A program made the position numbers and the translations under genes. A DNA stretch of 64,000 nt from Haplodiscus bocki (Eukaryota): the NCBI GenBank assembly GCA_965655095.1, contig OZ296648.1, forward strand, positions 104,346,001 through 104,410,000, in the 5' to 3' direction. The notes under the pieces are model-generated. The model ran no database searches and was not told the origin of the DNA. It was given only the letters and a program-made list of their open reading frames with translations. Shown in pieces: positions 41,301-56,300 of the stretch (within the stretch, counting starts at the first letter, position 1; every line of letters begins with the position of its first letter).

Positions 41301-44300
41301 TATTTTCACAAATGAAAATTTTCAAAATTTTGATACATGATAATCATAAGGATCAAAAGAATTATCTGTTGTTTTCAACATTGTGCCTTCTTCAAAGTTA
41401 TGTTTTCGATAAAATCAAAAAGATTAAATGAAAATTATGTATTAGTTTCTCCGATAGCTATTGGATATGATGTCATACTAGTGCCCATATTAAATATGCA
41501 ATTTAATTTTTTTCCTTCTGTGATGAAAGTGTAAAAACCATACCCTGAAAAATGCATCCATTTACTTTCAGTCTCTTTGCGACCCTAATTCAAGCAAAAT
41601 GGTATTTCCATCAAAACAAGGATCGTCAAGAGCACCTGAAAAGTCTGTCATTTAACAAAATTGACTTGTTCCAATGAATATTCTGTTAAGTTTCAAATTA
41701 ACAAACGGCCCTCTAAGGTTATAGGTTTCATATTTATGAATTTTATTCTCATTATCGATTGTTACTAGACAACGACTAAAAAAGTGATGTTATAATACAT
41801 ATAATTTAGATTTTTTAAACGTAGGTCTAAATTACAGTTGTATTTATATATTTCAATGAGCTCTGACAACGTTATATCAAATACTTTTCTTTAAAACAGA
41901 CATCAAAAACAGGAAATCATGACGCTAATTTGATATTATGACAATATAAACTAGATTTAAGGTCTCGATTTATTGAGATCAAATCTGACAATTCACAATC
42001 AACCAAAGAACAAATTGCATAACAATCAGGTTAATCAGTTGCTACATTCACAAGATCAAAGCAACATCTCTAGTCCTTACAACAGAAAGAATACCAAAAG
42101 AAGAAATATCAACACCCAAGAATCTTCTGTGAACACAACTCAAAGTAAAGGTGGTAAAGGTGAGAATAGTTTTTCTGCTAAAAAACTAATTGATAAAGGT
42201 TTTAATAAAAACTAAATGACGGATTGTTCTGTAAATGACGGAAGTTACAGAAACAACTAAAAACAATCTAAAAACACAAAAAAATATAGAACTTATTGTT
42301 AATATATATTCAGATAAAGCCTAGAGAACACAATCTCAAATATGGCAAAAGGTTTTAATCCAAAGAAGAATTTATGAACAAACAATAGAAATAAAGGGTG
42401 AGACTATTGAAGATTTGGATAAAGAATTGAACTTATAGACAATAAATTTAAGATTTAGCTGATAAAAAAGGAATTTCAGATGAGCGAATTAGAAAAGATA
42501 TCGCACGACCCAACGAACGTTCAACTTTTGAAGTACGATAAATTCACTTCAGATCGATGACATATTTTTTACTGATTAAGAAGTATATTTTATATTCCAG
42601 GATTGAAAATGGATAAAATTGATACACTTATTGCAATAAATTACCAAAAACTAGTATTTTCGACGCTTTGGAATTTCTCGTCTCTTTCCAGGCGCCGAAT
42701 AGTCGGGTGGTCTCATTTGTCAGAGGAGTGGTAGAGAAAAATACGGATTTTTGAACCTTGTTCTAAAATCCGGTTTTTTCGAGTAATACTACCTCACCAA
42801 AAGTTACGCAAAAACTATCCTTCAAAAAATACCCATCATAAGTAATAAAACATGCTTTTCCTCAACGACAATACGTTCTTTCGTAAAAGCATGTTTTTTT
42901 CACTTATTATATGATGGGTATATTTGTGAGAGATATTTTTGTAATGCACAAAAATTTACTTTTTTTCATCAATAAAATCATACACATACTTTACAGCAGT
43001 GGGATAAAGATATATTTTCTGCGTACTTCATGCTGGATTATTTTGCATGCAAACACATTACTGGCCAATTCTATCGAACATTCCTGGTGAAGAACGTAAT
43101 TTATTACGTTGTGTACAGATTCTCTGGTGCATCATCTTTTCCCCTCCCGATGGCATACACCAGCGAATCTGAGCTAATGCACCATAACTATCTGCTTGTG
43201 AGATGGGGGATAGGCTGACTAGGCCTTTCAGGTGACATTAACCAGTCGAAAATTCATAATTTGGCCTAAACCAGTATCAGTGTTTTTTTTACCACATTGT
43301 CACAGTTGACAAACAAATGAATAAGAAATTTTATTTTTACTTTTTTGAACATTAAAATGTGAGATTTTTCAATTGACTCAATTGTAAAATTACAAAAACA
43401 TCACTGCATGTCATTTTATTCCTGGGTCAGGACTGATTTTTCGGAAGGATTGATTTTCAAAATACAATTTTGTGTAATTTCTTTGCCGCGTACTCACAAA
43501 TCAGCATTTAGGTGAAGATTTCCGAGCGGCAGAAGTGTAAAAAAAATAAAAAGATGATGATAGACTTCGATTTTTTTTCAATTCAGTGAAATAGGAGCAG
43601 TGCAAACGGTTTGTTGTTCTACAAAAATTTATTATTTTTATATAAATGTTCCATTTTCAAAAAAAGTCCATCAATTTCCCGTTTATGAATTAAAATTTTA
43701 CATTCAATGCAAAAATATTAGGAGGTGAAATACTTTAACCTAAGTGAATTTTAGCATTTTCATAATGATTTCGTGTACTTTCAGATTTTTTATTTTCCTT
43801 TTCAACATAAATATCACAAAATTTACAGAAATAAAAGGTTTTCCTTACAAGTCTAAAAACGTTTACAAAATTATCTTTAGATAAAACATGACAAGCCAGA
43901 GGTGGATTAATAACAACTTGGTCAACAAGGCTACAAAACAAACTTCTCATATTACTTTTTCCAACACTTTTTTTAAATAAAAAAAATTCCAATATCATTA
44001 TATTTTGAAATTTTTCCTCTAAATTTCTGATTAGGAGTTAGATTCCCTTCTATATTAGAATCTAATATAATTTTCTGAATACAATATCATCTCTTTCAAT
44101 ATTTACAAACAACATTCAATTTTATTGAAAAAAAAACATATTGGCAAACGAAATATGTTCTATAAACAATACATTTATGTTTCAAACCTGAAGAACTTTA
44201 ACAACTCTCAATCATTGATGACCACACTGACGAAAAGCATACACACTTGGCTGCTCCAAACGGATAACACATTTTTGATTAAAAACTGCTAAAACTTCAT

Positions 44301-47300
44301 TCGCTCCATAAAACTTTCTTCATCTGCACTGTCCGAATTCTCCTCAGAATTATTGTTATCTTTAGCATCTATCGCACAATATGAAAGTATTTTTTCTATT
44401 TTCACAAATGAAAATTTTCAACATTTTGATACATGATAATCATAAGGATCAAAAGAATTATCTGTTGTTTTCAACATTGTGCCTTCTTCAAAGTTATGTT
44501 TTCGATAAAATCAAAAAGATTAAATGAAAATTATGTATTAGTTTCTCCGATAGCTATTGGATATGATGTCATACTAGTGCCCATATTAAATATGCAATTT
44601 AATTTTTTTCCTTCTGTGATGAAAGTGTAAAAACCATACCCTGAAAAATGCATCCATTTACTTTCAGTCTCTTTGCGACCCTAATTCAAGCAAAATGGTA
44701 TTTCCATCAAAACAAGGATCGTCAAGAGCACCTGAAAAGTCTGTCATTTAACAAAATTGACTTGTTCCAATGAATATTCTGTTAAGTTTCAAATTAACAA
44801 ACGGCCCTCTAAGGTTATAGGTTTCATATTTATGAATTTTATTCTCATTATCGATTGTTACTAGACAACGACTAAAAAAGTGATGTTAAAATACATATAA
44901 TTCAGATTTTTTAAACGTAGGTCTAAATTACAGTTGTATTTATATATTTCAATGAGCTCTGACAACGTTATATCAAATACTTTTCTTTAAAACAGACATC
45001 AAAAACAGGAAATCATGACGCTAATTTGATATTATGACAATATAAACTAGATTTAAGGTCTCGATTTATTGAGACCAAATCTGACAATTCACAATCAACC
45101 AAAGAACAAATTGCATAACAATCAGGTTAATCAGTTGCTACATTCACAAGATCAAAGCAACATCTCTAGTCCTTACAACAGAAAGAATACCAAAAGAAGA
45201 AATATCAACACCCAAGAATCTTCTGTGAACACAACTCAAAGTAAAGGTGGTAAAGGTGAGAATAGTTTTTCTGCTAAAAAACTAATTGATAAAGGTTTTA
45301 ATAAAAACTAAATGACGGAAGTTACAGAAACAACTAAAAACAATCTAAAAACACAAAAAATATAGAACTTATTGTTAATAAATATTCAGATAAATCCTAG
45401 AGAACACAATCTCAAAAATGGCAAAAGGCTTTAATCCAAAGAAGAACTTATGAACAAGCAATAGAAATAAAGGGTGAGACTATTGAAGATTTGGATAAAG
45501 AATTGAACTTATAGACAATAAATTTAAGATTTAGCTGATAAAAAAGGAATTTCAGGTGAGCAAATTAGAAAAGATATCGCACGACCCAACGAACGTTCAA
45601 CTTTTGAAGTACGATAAATTCACTTCAGATCGATGACATATTTTTTACTGATTAAGAAGTATATTTTATATTCCAGGATTGAAAATGGATAAAATTGATA
45701 CACTTATTGCAATAAATTACCAAAAACTAGTATTTTCGACGCTTTGGAATTTCTCGTCTCTTTCCAGGCGCCGAATAGTCGGGTGGTCTCATTTGTCAGA
45801 GGAGTGGTAGAGAAAAATACGGATTTTTGAACCTTGTTCTAAAATCCGGTTTTTTCGAGTAATACTACCTCACCAAAAGTTACGCAAAAACTATCCTTCA
45901 AAAAATACCCATCATAAGTAATAAAACATGCTTTTCCTCAACGACAATACGTTCTTTCGTAAAAGCATGTTTTTTTCACTTATTATATGATGGGTATATT
46001 TGTGAGAGATATTTTTGTAATGCACAAAAATTTACTTTTTTTCATCAATAAAATCATACACATACTTTACAGCAGTGGGATAAAGATATATTTTCTGCGT
46101 ACTTCATGCTGGATTATTTTGCATGCAAACACATTACTGGCCAATTCTATCGAACATTCCTGGTGAAGAACGTAATTTATTACGTTGTGTACAGATTCTC
46201 TGGTGCATCATCTTTTCCCCTCCCGATGGCATACACCAGCGAATCTGAGCTAATGCACCATAACTATCTGCTTGTGAGATGGGGGATAGGCTGACTAGGC
46301 CTTTCAGGTGACATTAACCAGTCGAAAATCCATAATTTGGCCTAAACCAGTATCAGTGTTTTTTTTACCACATTGTCACAGTTGACAAACAAATGAAAAA
46401 GAAATTTTATTTTTACTTTTTTCAACTTTAAAATGTGAGATTTTTCAATTGACTCAATTGTAAAATTACAAAAACATCACTGCCTGTCAATTTATTCCTG
46501 GGTCAGGACTGATTTTCCGGAAGGATTGATTTTCAAAATACAATTTTGTGTAATTTCTTTGCCGCGTACTCACAAATCAGCATTTAGTTGAAGATTTGCG
46601 AGCGGCAGGAAAAGTGTAAAAAAAGATGATGATAGACTTCGATTTTTTTTTCAATTCAGTGAAATAGGAGCAGTGCGAACGGTTTCTTGTTCTACAAAAA
46701 TTTATTATTTTTATATAAATGTTCCATTTTCAAAAAAAGTCCATCAATTTCCCGTTTATGAATTAAAACTTTACATTCAATGCAAAAATATTAAGGGGTG
46801 AAATACTTTAACCTAAGTGAATTTTAGCATTTTCATAATGATTTCGTGTCCTTGTAGATTTTTTATTTTCCTTTTCAACATAAATATCACAAAATTTACA
46901 GAAATAAAAGGTTTTCCTTACAAGTCTAAAAACGTTTACAAAATTATCTTTAGATAAAAAATGACAAGCCAGAGGTGGATTAATAACAACTTGGCCAACA
47001 AGGCTACAAAACAAACTTCTCATATTACTTTTTCCAACACTTTTTTTAAATAAAAATAATTCCAATATCATTATATTTTGAAATTTTTCCTCTAAATTTC
47101 TGATTAGGAGTTAGATTCCCTTCTATATTAGAATCTAATATAATTTTTTGAATACAATACCATCTCTTTCAATATTTAGAAACAACATTCAATTTTATTG
47201 AAAAAAAACATATTGGCAAACGAAATATGTTCTATAAACAATACATTTATGTTTCAAACCTGAAGAACTTCAGCAACTCTCAATCATTGATGACCACACT

Positions 47301-50300
47301 GACGAAAAGCATACACACTTGGCTGCTCCAAACGGATAACACATTTCTGATTAAAAACTGCTAAAACTTCATTCGCTCCATAAAACTTTCTTCATCTGCA
47401 CTGTCCGAATTCTCCTCAGAATTATTGTTATCTTTAGCATCTATCGCACAATATGAAAGTATTTTTTCTATTTTCACAAATGAAAATTTTCAACATTTTG
47501 ATACATGATAATCATAAGGATCAAAAGAATTATCTGTTGTTTTCAACATTGTGCCTTCTTCAAAGTTATGTTTTCGATAAAATCAAAAAGATTAAATGAA
47601 AATTATGTATTAGTTTCTCCGATAGCTATTGGATATGATGTCATACTAGTGCCCATATTAAATATGCAATTTAATTTTTTTCCTTCTGTGATGAAAGTGT
47701 AAAAACCATACCCTGAAAAATGCATCCATTTACTTTCAGTCTCTTTGCGACCCTAATTCAAGCAAAATGGTATTTCCATCAAAACAAGGATCGTGAAGAG
47801 CACCTGAAAAGTGTCATTTAACAAAATTGACTTGTTCCAATGAATATTCTGTTAAGTTTCAAATTAACAAACGGCCCTCTAAGGTTATAGGTTTCGTATT
47901 TATGAATTTTATTCTCATCATCGATTGTTACTAGACAACGACTAAAAAAGTGATGTTAAAATACATATAATTTAGATTTTTTTAACGTAGGTCTAAATTA
48001 GAGTTGTATTTAAACATTTCAATGAGCTCTGATAACTTTATATCAAACACTTTTCTTTGAAACAGACATCAAAAACAGGAAATCATGACGCTAATTTGAT
48101 ATTATGACAATATAAACTAGATTTAAGGTCTCGATTTATTGAGACCAAATCTGACAATTCACAATCAACCAAAAAACGAATAGCATAACAATTAGGTTAA
48201 TCAGTTGCTACATTCACAAGATCAAATCAACATCTCTAGTCCTTACAACAGAAAGAATACCAAAAGAAGAAATATCAACACCCAAGAATCTTCTGTGAAC
48301 ACAACTCAAATTAAAGGTGGTAAAGGTGAGAATAGTTTTTTTGCTAAAAAAATAATTGATAAAGGTTTCAATAAAAACTAAAGGACGCAAGTTACAGAAA
48401 CAATTAAAAACAATCTAAAAACACAAAAAATATGGAACCTATTGTTAATAAATATTCAGATAAAGCCTAGAGAACACAATCTCAAATATGGCAAAAGGCT
48501 TTAATCCAAAGAAGAATTTATGAACAAGCAATAGAAATAAAGGGTGAGACTATTGAAGATTTGGATAAAGAATTGAACTTATAGACAATAAATTTAAGAT
48601 TTAGCTGATAAAAAAGGAACTTCAGATGAGCGAATTAGAAAAGATATCGCACGACCCAACGAACGTTCAACTTTTGAAGTACGATGAATTCACTTCAGAT
48701 CGATGACATATTTTTTACTGATTAAGAAGTATATTTTATATTCCAGGATTGAAAATGAATAAAATTGATACACTTATTGCAATAAGTTACCAAAAACTAG
48801 TATTTTCGACGCTTTGGAATTTCTCGTCTCTTTCCAGGCGCCGAATAATCGGGTGGTCTCATTTGTCAGAGAGGAGTGGTAGAGAAAAATACGGATTTTT
48901 GAGCCTTGTTCTAAAATCCGGTTTTTTCGAGTAATACTACCTCACCAAAAGTTACGCAAAAAATATCATTCAAAAATATACGCACCATAAAATAAGTAAA
49001 AATATGTTTTTACTCAATCACAAAACGTTCTTCCGCAAAAGCATGGTTTTTTCAACTTATTTTCTAATGGGTATATTGTTGAAAGATATTTTTTAATGCA
49101 CAAAAATTTATTTTTCATCAATGAAATCATACACATACTTTATAGCAGTGGGATAAAGACATATTTTCTGTGTACTTCATGCTGGATTACTTTGCATGCA
49201 AGCACATTACTGGCCAATTCTATCGAACATTCCTGGTGAAGAACGTAATTTGATACGTTGTGTACAGATTCTCTGGTGCACAATCTTTTCCCCTCCCGAT
49301 GGCATACACCAGCGAATCTGAGCTAATGCACCATAACTATCTGCTTGTGAGATGGGGGATAGGCTGACTAGGCCTTTCAGGTGACATTAACCAGTCGAAA
49401 ATCCATAATTTGGCCTAAACCAGTATCAGTGTTTTTTTTACCACATTGTCACAGTTGACAAACAAATGAATAAGAAATTTTATTTTTACTTTTTTCAACT
49501 TTAAAATGTGAGATTTTTCAATTGACTCAATTGTAAAATTACAAAAACATCACTGCATGTCAATTTATTCCTGGGTCAGGACTGATTTTTCGGAAGGATT
49601 GATTTTCAAAATAAAATTTTGTGTAATTTCTTTGCCGCGTACTCACAAATCAGCATTTAGTTGAAGATTTGCGAGCGGCAGGAAAAGTGTAAAAAAAAGA
49701 TGATGATAGACTTCGATTTTTTTTCAATTCAGTGAAATAGGAGCAGTGCGAACGGTTTCTTGTTCTACAAAAATTTATTATTTTTATATAAATGTTCCAT
49801 TTTCAAAAAAAGTCCGTCAATTTTCCGTTTATGAATTAAAATTTTACATTCAATGCAAAAAGATTAGGAGGTGAAATACTTTAACCTAAGTGACTCTCAG
49901 CATTTTCATAATGATTTCGTGTACTTGCAGATTTTTTATTTTCCTGTTCAACATAAATATCACAAAATTTACAGAAATAAAAGGTTTTCCTTACAAGTCT
50001 AAAAACCTTTACAAAAATTATCTTTAGATGAAAAATGACAAGCCAGAGGTGGATTAATAACAACTTGGCCAACAAGCCTACAAAACAAACTTCTCATATT
50101 ACTTTTTCCAACACTTTTTTTAAATAAAAATAATTCCAATATCATTATATTTTGAAATTTTTCCTCTAAATTTTTGATTAGGAGTTAGATTCCCTTCTAT
50201 ATTAGAATCTAATATAATTTTTTGAATACAATACCATCTCTTTCAATATTTAGAAACAACATTCAATTTTATTGAAAAAAAACATATTGGCAAACGAAAT

Positions 50301-53300
50301 ATGTTCTATAAACAATACATTTATGTTTCAAACCTGAAGAACTTCAACAACTCTCAATCATTGATGACCACACTGACGAAAAGCATACACACTTGGCTGC
50401 TCCAAACGGATAACACATTTTTGATTAAAAACTGCTAAAACTTCATTCGCTCCATAAAACTTTCTTCATCTGCACTGTCCGAATTCTCCTCAGAATTATT
50501 GTTATCTTTAGCATCTATCGCACAATATGAAAGTATTTTTTCTATTTTCACAAATGAAAATTTTCAACATTTTGATACATGATAATCATAAGGATCAAAA
50601 GAATTATCTGTTGTTTTCAACATTGTGCCTTCTTCAAAGTTATGTTTTCGATAAAATCAAAAAGATTAAATGAAAATTATGTATTAGTTTCTCCGATAGC
50701 TATTGGATATGATGTCATACTAGTGCCCATATTAAATATGCAATTTAATCTTTTTCCTTCTGTGATGAAAGTGTAAAAACCATACCCTGAAAAATGCATC
50801 CATTTACTTTCAGTCTCTTTGCGACCCTAATTCAAGCAAAATGGTATTTCCATCAAAACAAGGATCGTGAAGAGCACCTGAAAAGTGTCATTTAACAAAA
50901 TTGACTTGTTCCAATGAATATTCTGTTAAGTTTCAAATTAACAAACGGCCCTCTAAGGTTATAGGTTTCGTATTTATGAATTTTATTCTCATCATCGATT
51001 GTTACTAGACAACGACTAAAAAAGTGATGTTAAAATACATATAATTTAGATTTTTTTAACGTAGGTCTAAATTAGAGTTGTATTTAAATATTTCAATGAG
51101 CTCTGATAACTTTATATCAAACACTTTTCTTTGAAACAGACATCAAAAACAGGAAATCATGACGCTAATTTGATATTATGACAATATAAACTAGATTTAA
51201 GGTCTCGATTTATTGAGACCAAATCTGACAATTCACAATCAACCAAAAAACGAATAGCATAACAATTAGGTTAATCAGTTGCTACATTCACAAGATCAAA
51301 TCAACATCTCTAGTCCTTACAACAGAAAGAATACCAAAAGAAGAAATATCAACACCCAAGAATCTTCTGTGAACACAACTCAAATTAAAGGTGGTAAAGG
51401 TGAGAATAGTTTTTTTGCTAAAAAAATAATTGATAAAGGTTTCAATAAAAACTAAAGGACGCAAGTTACAGAAACAATTAAAAACAATCTAAAAACACAA
51501 AAAATATGGAACCTATTGTTAATAAATATTCAGATAAAGCCTAGAGAACACAATCTCAAATATGGCAAAAGGCTTTAATCCAAAGAAGAATTTATGAACA
51601 AGCAATAGAAATAAAGGGTGAGACTATTGAAGATTTGGATAAAGAATTGAACTTATAGACAATAAATTTAAGATTTAGCTGATAAAAAAGGAACTTCAGA
51701 TGAGCGAATTAGAAAAGATATCGCACGACCCAACGAACGTTCAACTTTTGAAGTACGATGAATTCACTTCAGATCGATGACATATTTTTTACTGATTAAG
51801 AAGTATATTTTATATTCCAGGATTGAAAATGAATAAAATTGATACACTTATTGCAATAAGTTACCAAAAACTAGTATTTTCGACGCTTTGGAATTTCTCG
51901 TCTCTTTCCAGGCGCCGAATAATCGGGTGGTTTCATTTGTCAGAGAGGAGTGGTAGAGAAAAATACGGATTTTTGAGCCTTGTTCTAAAATCCGGTTTTT
52001 TCGAGTAATACTACCTCACCAAAAGTTACGCAAAAAATATCATTCAAAAATATACGCACCATAAAATAAGTAAAAATATGTTTTTACTCAATCACAAAAC
52101 GTTCTTCCGCAAAAGCATGGTTTTTTCAACTTATTTTCTAATGGGTATATTGTTGAAAGATATTTTTTAATGCACAAAAATTTATTTTTCATCAATGAAA
52201 TCATACACATACTTTATAGCAGTGGGATAAAGACATATTTTCTGTGTACTTCATGCTGGATTACTTTGCATGCAAGCACATTACTGGCCAATTCTATCGA
52301 ACATTCCTGGTGAAGAACGTAATTTGATACGTTGTGTACAGATTCTCTGGTGCACCATCTTTTCCAATCCCGATGGCATACACCAGCGAATCTGAGCTAA
52401 TGCACCATAACTATCTGCTTGTGAGATGGGGGATAGGCTGACTAGGCCTTTCAGGTGACATTAACCAGTCGAAAATCCATAATTTGGCCTAAACCAGTAT
52501 CAGTGTTTTTTTTACCACATTGTCACAGTTGACAAACAAATGAATAAGAAATTTTATTTTTACTTTTTTCAACTTTAAAATGTGAGATTTTTCAATTGAC
52601 TCAATTGTAAAATTACAAAAACATCACTGCATGTCAATTTATTCCTGGGTCAGGACTGATTTTTCGGAAGGATTGATTTTCAAAATAAAATTTTGTGTAA
52701 TTTCTTTGCCGCGTACTCACAAATCAGCATTTAGTTGAAGATTTGCGAGCGGCAGGAAAAGTGTAAAAAAAAGATGATGATAGACTTCGATTTTTTTTCA
52801 ATTCAGTGAAATAGGAGCAGTGCGAACGGTTTCTTGTTCTACAAAAATTTATTATTTTTATATAAATGTTCCATTTTCAAAAAAAGTCCATCAATTTCCC
52901 GTTTATGAATTAAAATTTTACATTCAATGCAAAAATATTAAGAGGTGAAATACTTTAACCTAAGTGAATTTTAGCATTTTCATAATGATTTCGTGTCCTT
53001 GCAGATTTTTTATTTTCCTTTTCAACATAAATATCACAAAATTTACAGAAATAAAAGGTTTTCCTTACAAGTCTAAAAACCTTTACAAAAATTATCTTTA
53101 GATGAAAAATGACAAGCCAGAGGTGGATTAATAACAACTTGGCCAACAAGCCTACAAAACAAACTTCTCATATTACTTTTTCCAACACTTTTTTTAAATA
53201 AAAATAATTCCAATATCATTATATTTTGAAATTTTTCCTCTAAATTTTTGATTAGGAGTTAGATTCCCTTCTATATTAGAATCTAATATAATTTTTTGAA

Positions 53301-56300
53301 TACAATACCATCTCTTTCAATATTTAGAAACAACATTCAATTTTATTGAAAAAAAACATATTGGCAAACGAAATATGTTCTATAAACAATACATTTATGT
53401 TTCAAACCTGAAGAACTTCAACAACTCTCAATCATTGATGACCACACTGACGAAAAGCATACACACTTGGCTGCTCCAAACGGATAACACATTTTTGATT
53501 AAAAACTGCCAAAACTTCATTCGCTCCATAAAACTTTCTTCATCTGCACTGTCCGAATTCTCCTCAGAATTATTGTTATCTTTAGCATCTATCGCACAAT
53601 ATGAAAGTATTTTTTCTATTTTCACAAATGAAAATTTTCAACATTTTGATACATGATAATCATAAGGATCAAAAGAATTATCTGTTGTTTTCAACATTGT
53701 GCCTACTTCAAAGTTATGTTTTCGATAAAATCAAAAAGATTAAATAAAAATTATGTATTAGTTTCTCCGATAGCTATTGGATATGATGTCATACTAGTGC
53801 CCATATTAAATATGCAATTTAATTTTTTTCCTTCTGTGATGAAAGTGTAAAAACCATACCCTGAAAAATGCATCCATTTACTTTCAGTCTCTTTGCGACC
53901 CTAATTCAAGCAAAATGGTATTTCCATCAAAACAAGGATCGTCAAGAGCACCTGAAAAGTCTGTCATATATACAAAATTGACTTTTATTCTCATTATCGA
54001 TTGTTACTAGACAACGACTAAAAAATGATGTTAAAATACGTTTAATTTAGATTTTTTTACCGTAGGTCTAAATTATAGTTGTATTTAAATAGTTCAATGA
54101 GCTCTGATAACTTTATATCAAATACTTTTCTTTAAAACAGACATCAAAAACAGGAAATCATGACGCTAATTTGATATTATGACAATATAAACTAGATTTA
54201 AGGTCTCGATTTATTGAGGCCAAATCTGACAATTCACAATGAACCAAAGAACAAATTGCATAACAATTAGGTTAATCAGTTGCTACATTCACATGATCAA
54301 ATCAACATCTCTAGTCCTTACAACAGAAAGAATACCAAAAGAAGAAATATCAACACCCAAGAATCTTCTGTGAACACAACTCAAATTAAAGGTGGTAAAG
54401 GTGAGAATAGTTTTTCTGCTAAAAAGTTAATTGATAAAGGTTTTAATAAAAACTAAATGACGCAAGTTACAGAAACAATTAAAAACAATCTAAAAACACA
54501 AACAATATAGAACCTATTGTTAATAAATATTCAGATAAAGCCTAGAGAACACAATCTCAAATATGGCAAAAGGCTTTAATCCAAAGAAGAATTTATGAAC
54601 AAGCAATAGAAATAAAGGTTGAGACTATGGAAGATTTGGATAAAGAATTGAACTTATAGACAAAAAATTTAAGATTTAGCTGATAAAAAAGGAATTTCAG
54701 ATGAGCGAATTAGAAAAGATATCGCACGACCCAACGAACGTTCAACTTTTGAAGTACGATGAATTCACTTCAGATCGATGACATACTTTTTACTGATTAA
54801 GAAGTATATTTTATATTCCAGGATTGAAAATGAATAAAACTGATACACTTATTGCAATAAATTACCAAAAACTAGTATTTTCGACGCTTTGGAATTTCTC
54901 GTCTCTTTCCAGGCGACGAATAGTCGGGTAGTCTCATTTGTCATAGAGGAGTGGTAGAGAAAAATACGGATTTTTGAGCCTTGTTCTAAAATCCGGTTTT
55001 TTCGAGTAATACTACCTCATCAAAAGTTACGCAAAAAATATCCTTCAAAAATATACGCACCATAAAATAAGTAAAAAATATGCTTATACTCAATCACAAA
55101 ACGTTCTTTCGTAAAAGCATGGTTTTTTTAAACTTATTTTCTAATGGGTATATTGTTGAAAGATAATTTTAATGCACAAAAATTTACTTTTTTTCATCAA
55201 TAAAATCATACACATACTTTACAGCAGTAGGATAAAGGCATATTTTCTGTGTACTTCATGCTGGATTACTTTGCATGCAAGCACATTACTGGCCAATTCT
55301 ATCGAACATTCCTGGTGAAGAACGTAATTTGATACGTTGTGTACAGATTCTCTGGTGCACCATCTTTTCCCCTCCCGATGGCATACACCAGCGAATCTGA
55401 GCTAATGCACCATAACTATCTGCTTGTGAGATGGGGGATAGGCTGACTAGGCCTTTCAGGTGACATTAACCAGTCGAAAATCCATAATTTGGCCTAAACC
55501 AGTATCAGTGTTTTTTTTACCACATTGTCACAGTTGACAAACAAATGAATAAGAAATTTTATTTTCACTTTTTTCAACTTTAAAATGTGAGATTTTTCAA
55601 TTGACTCAATTGTAAAGTTACAAAAACATCACTGCATGTCAATTTATTCCTGGGTCAGGACTGATTTTTCGGAAGGATTGATTTTCAAAATACAATTTTG
55701 TGTAATTTCTTTGCCGCGTACTCACAAATCAGCATTTAGTTGAAGATTTGCGAGCGGCAGGAAAAGTGTAAAAAAAAGATGATGATAGACTTCGATTTTC
55801 TTTTCAATTCAGTGAAATAGGAGCAGTGCGAACGGTTTGTTGTTCTACAAAAATTTATTATTTTTATATAAATGTTCCATTTTCAAAAAAAGTCCGTCAA
55901 TTTTCCGTTTATGAATTAAAATTTTACATTCAATGCAAAAAGATTAGGAGGTGAAATACTTTAACCTAAGTGACTCTCAGCATTTTCATAATGATTTCGT
56001 GTACTTGCAGATTTTTTATTTTCCTGTTCAACATAAATATCACAAAATTTACAGAAATAAAAGGTTTTCCTTACAAGTCTAAAAAGGTTTACAAAATTAT
56101 CTTTAGATAAAACATGACAAGCCAGAGGTGGATTAAAAACAACTTGGTCAACAAGGCTACAAAACAAACTTCTCATATTACTTTTTCCAACACTTTTTTT
56201 AAATAAAAAAAATTCCAATATCATTATATTTTGAAATTTTTCCTCTAAATTTCTGATTAGGAGTTAGATTCCCTTCTATATTAGAATCCAATATAATTTT

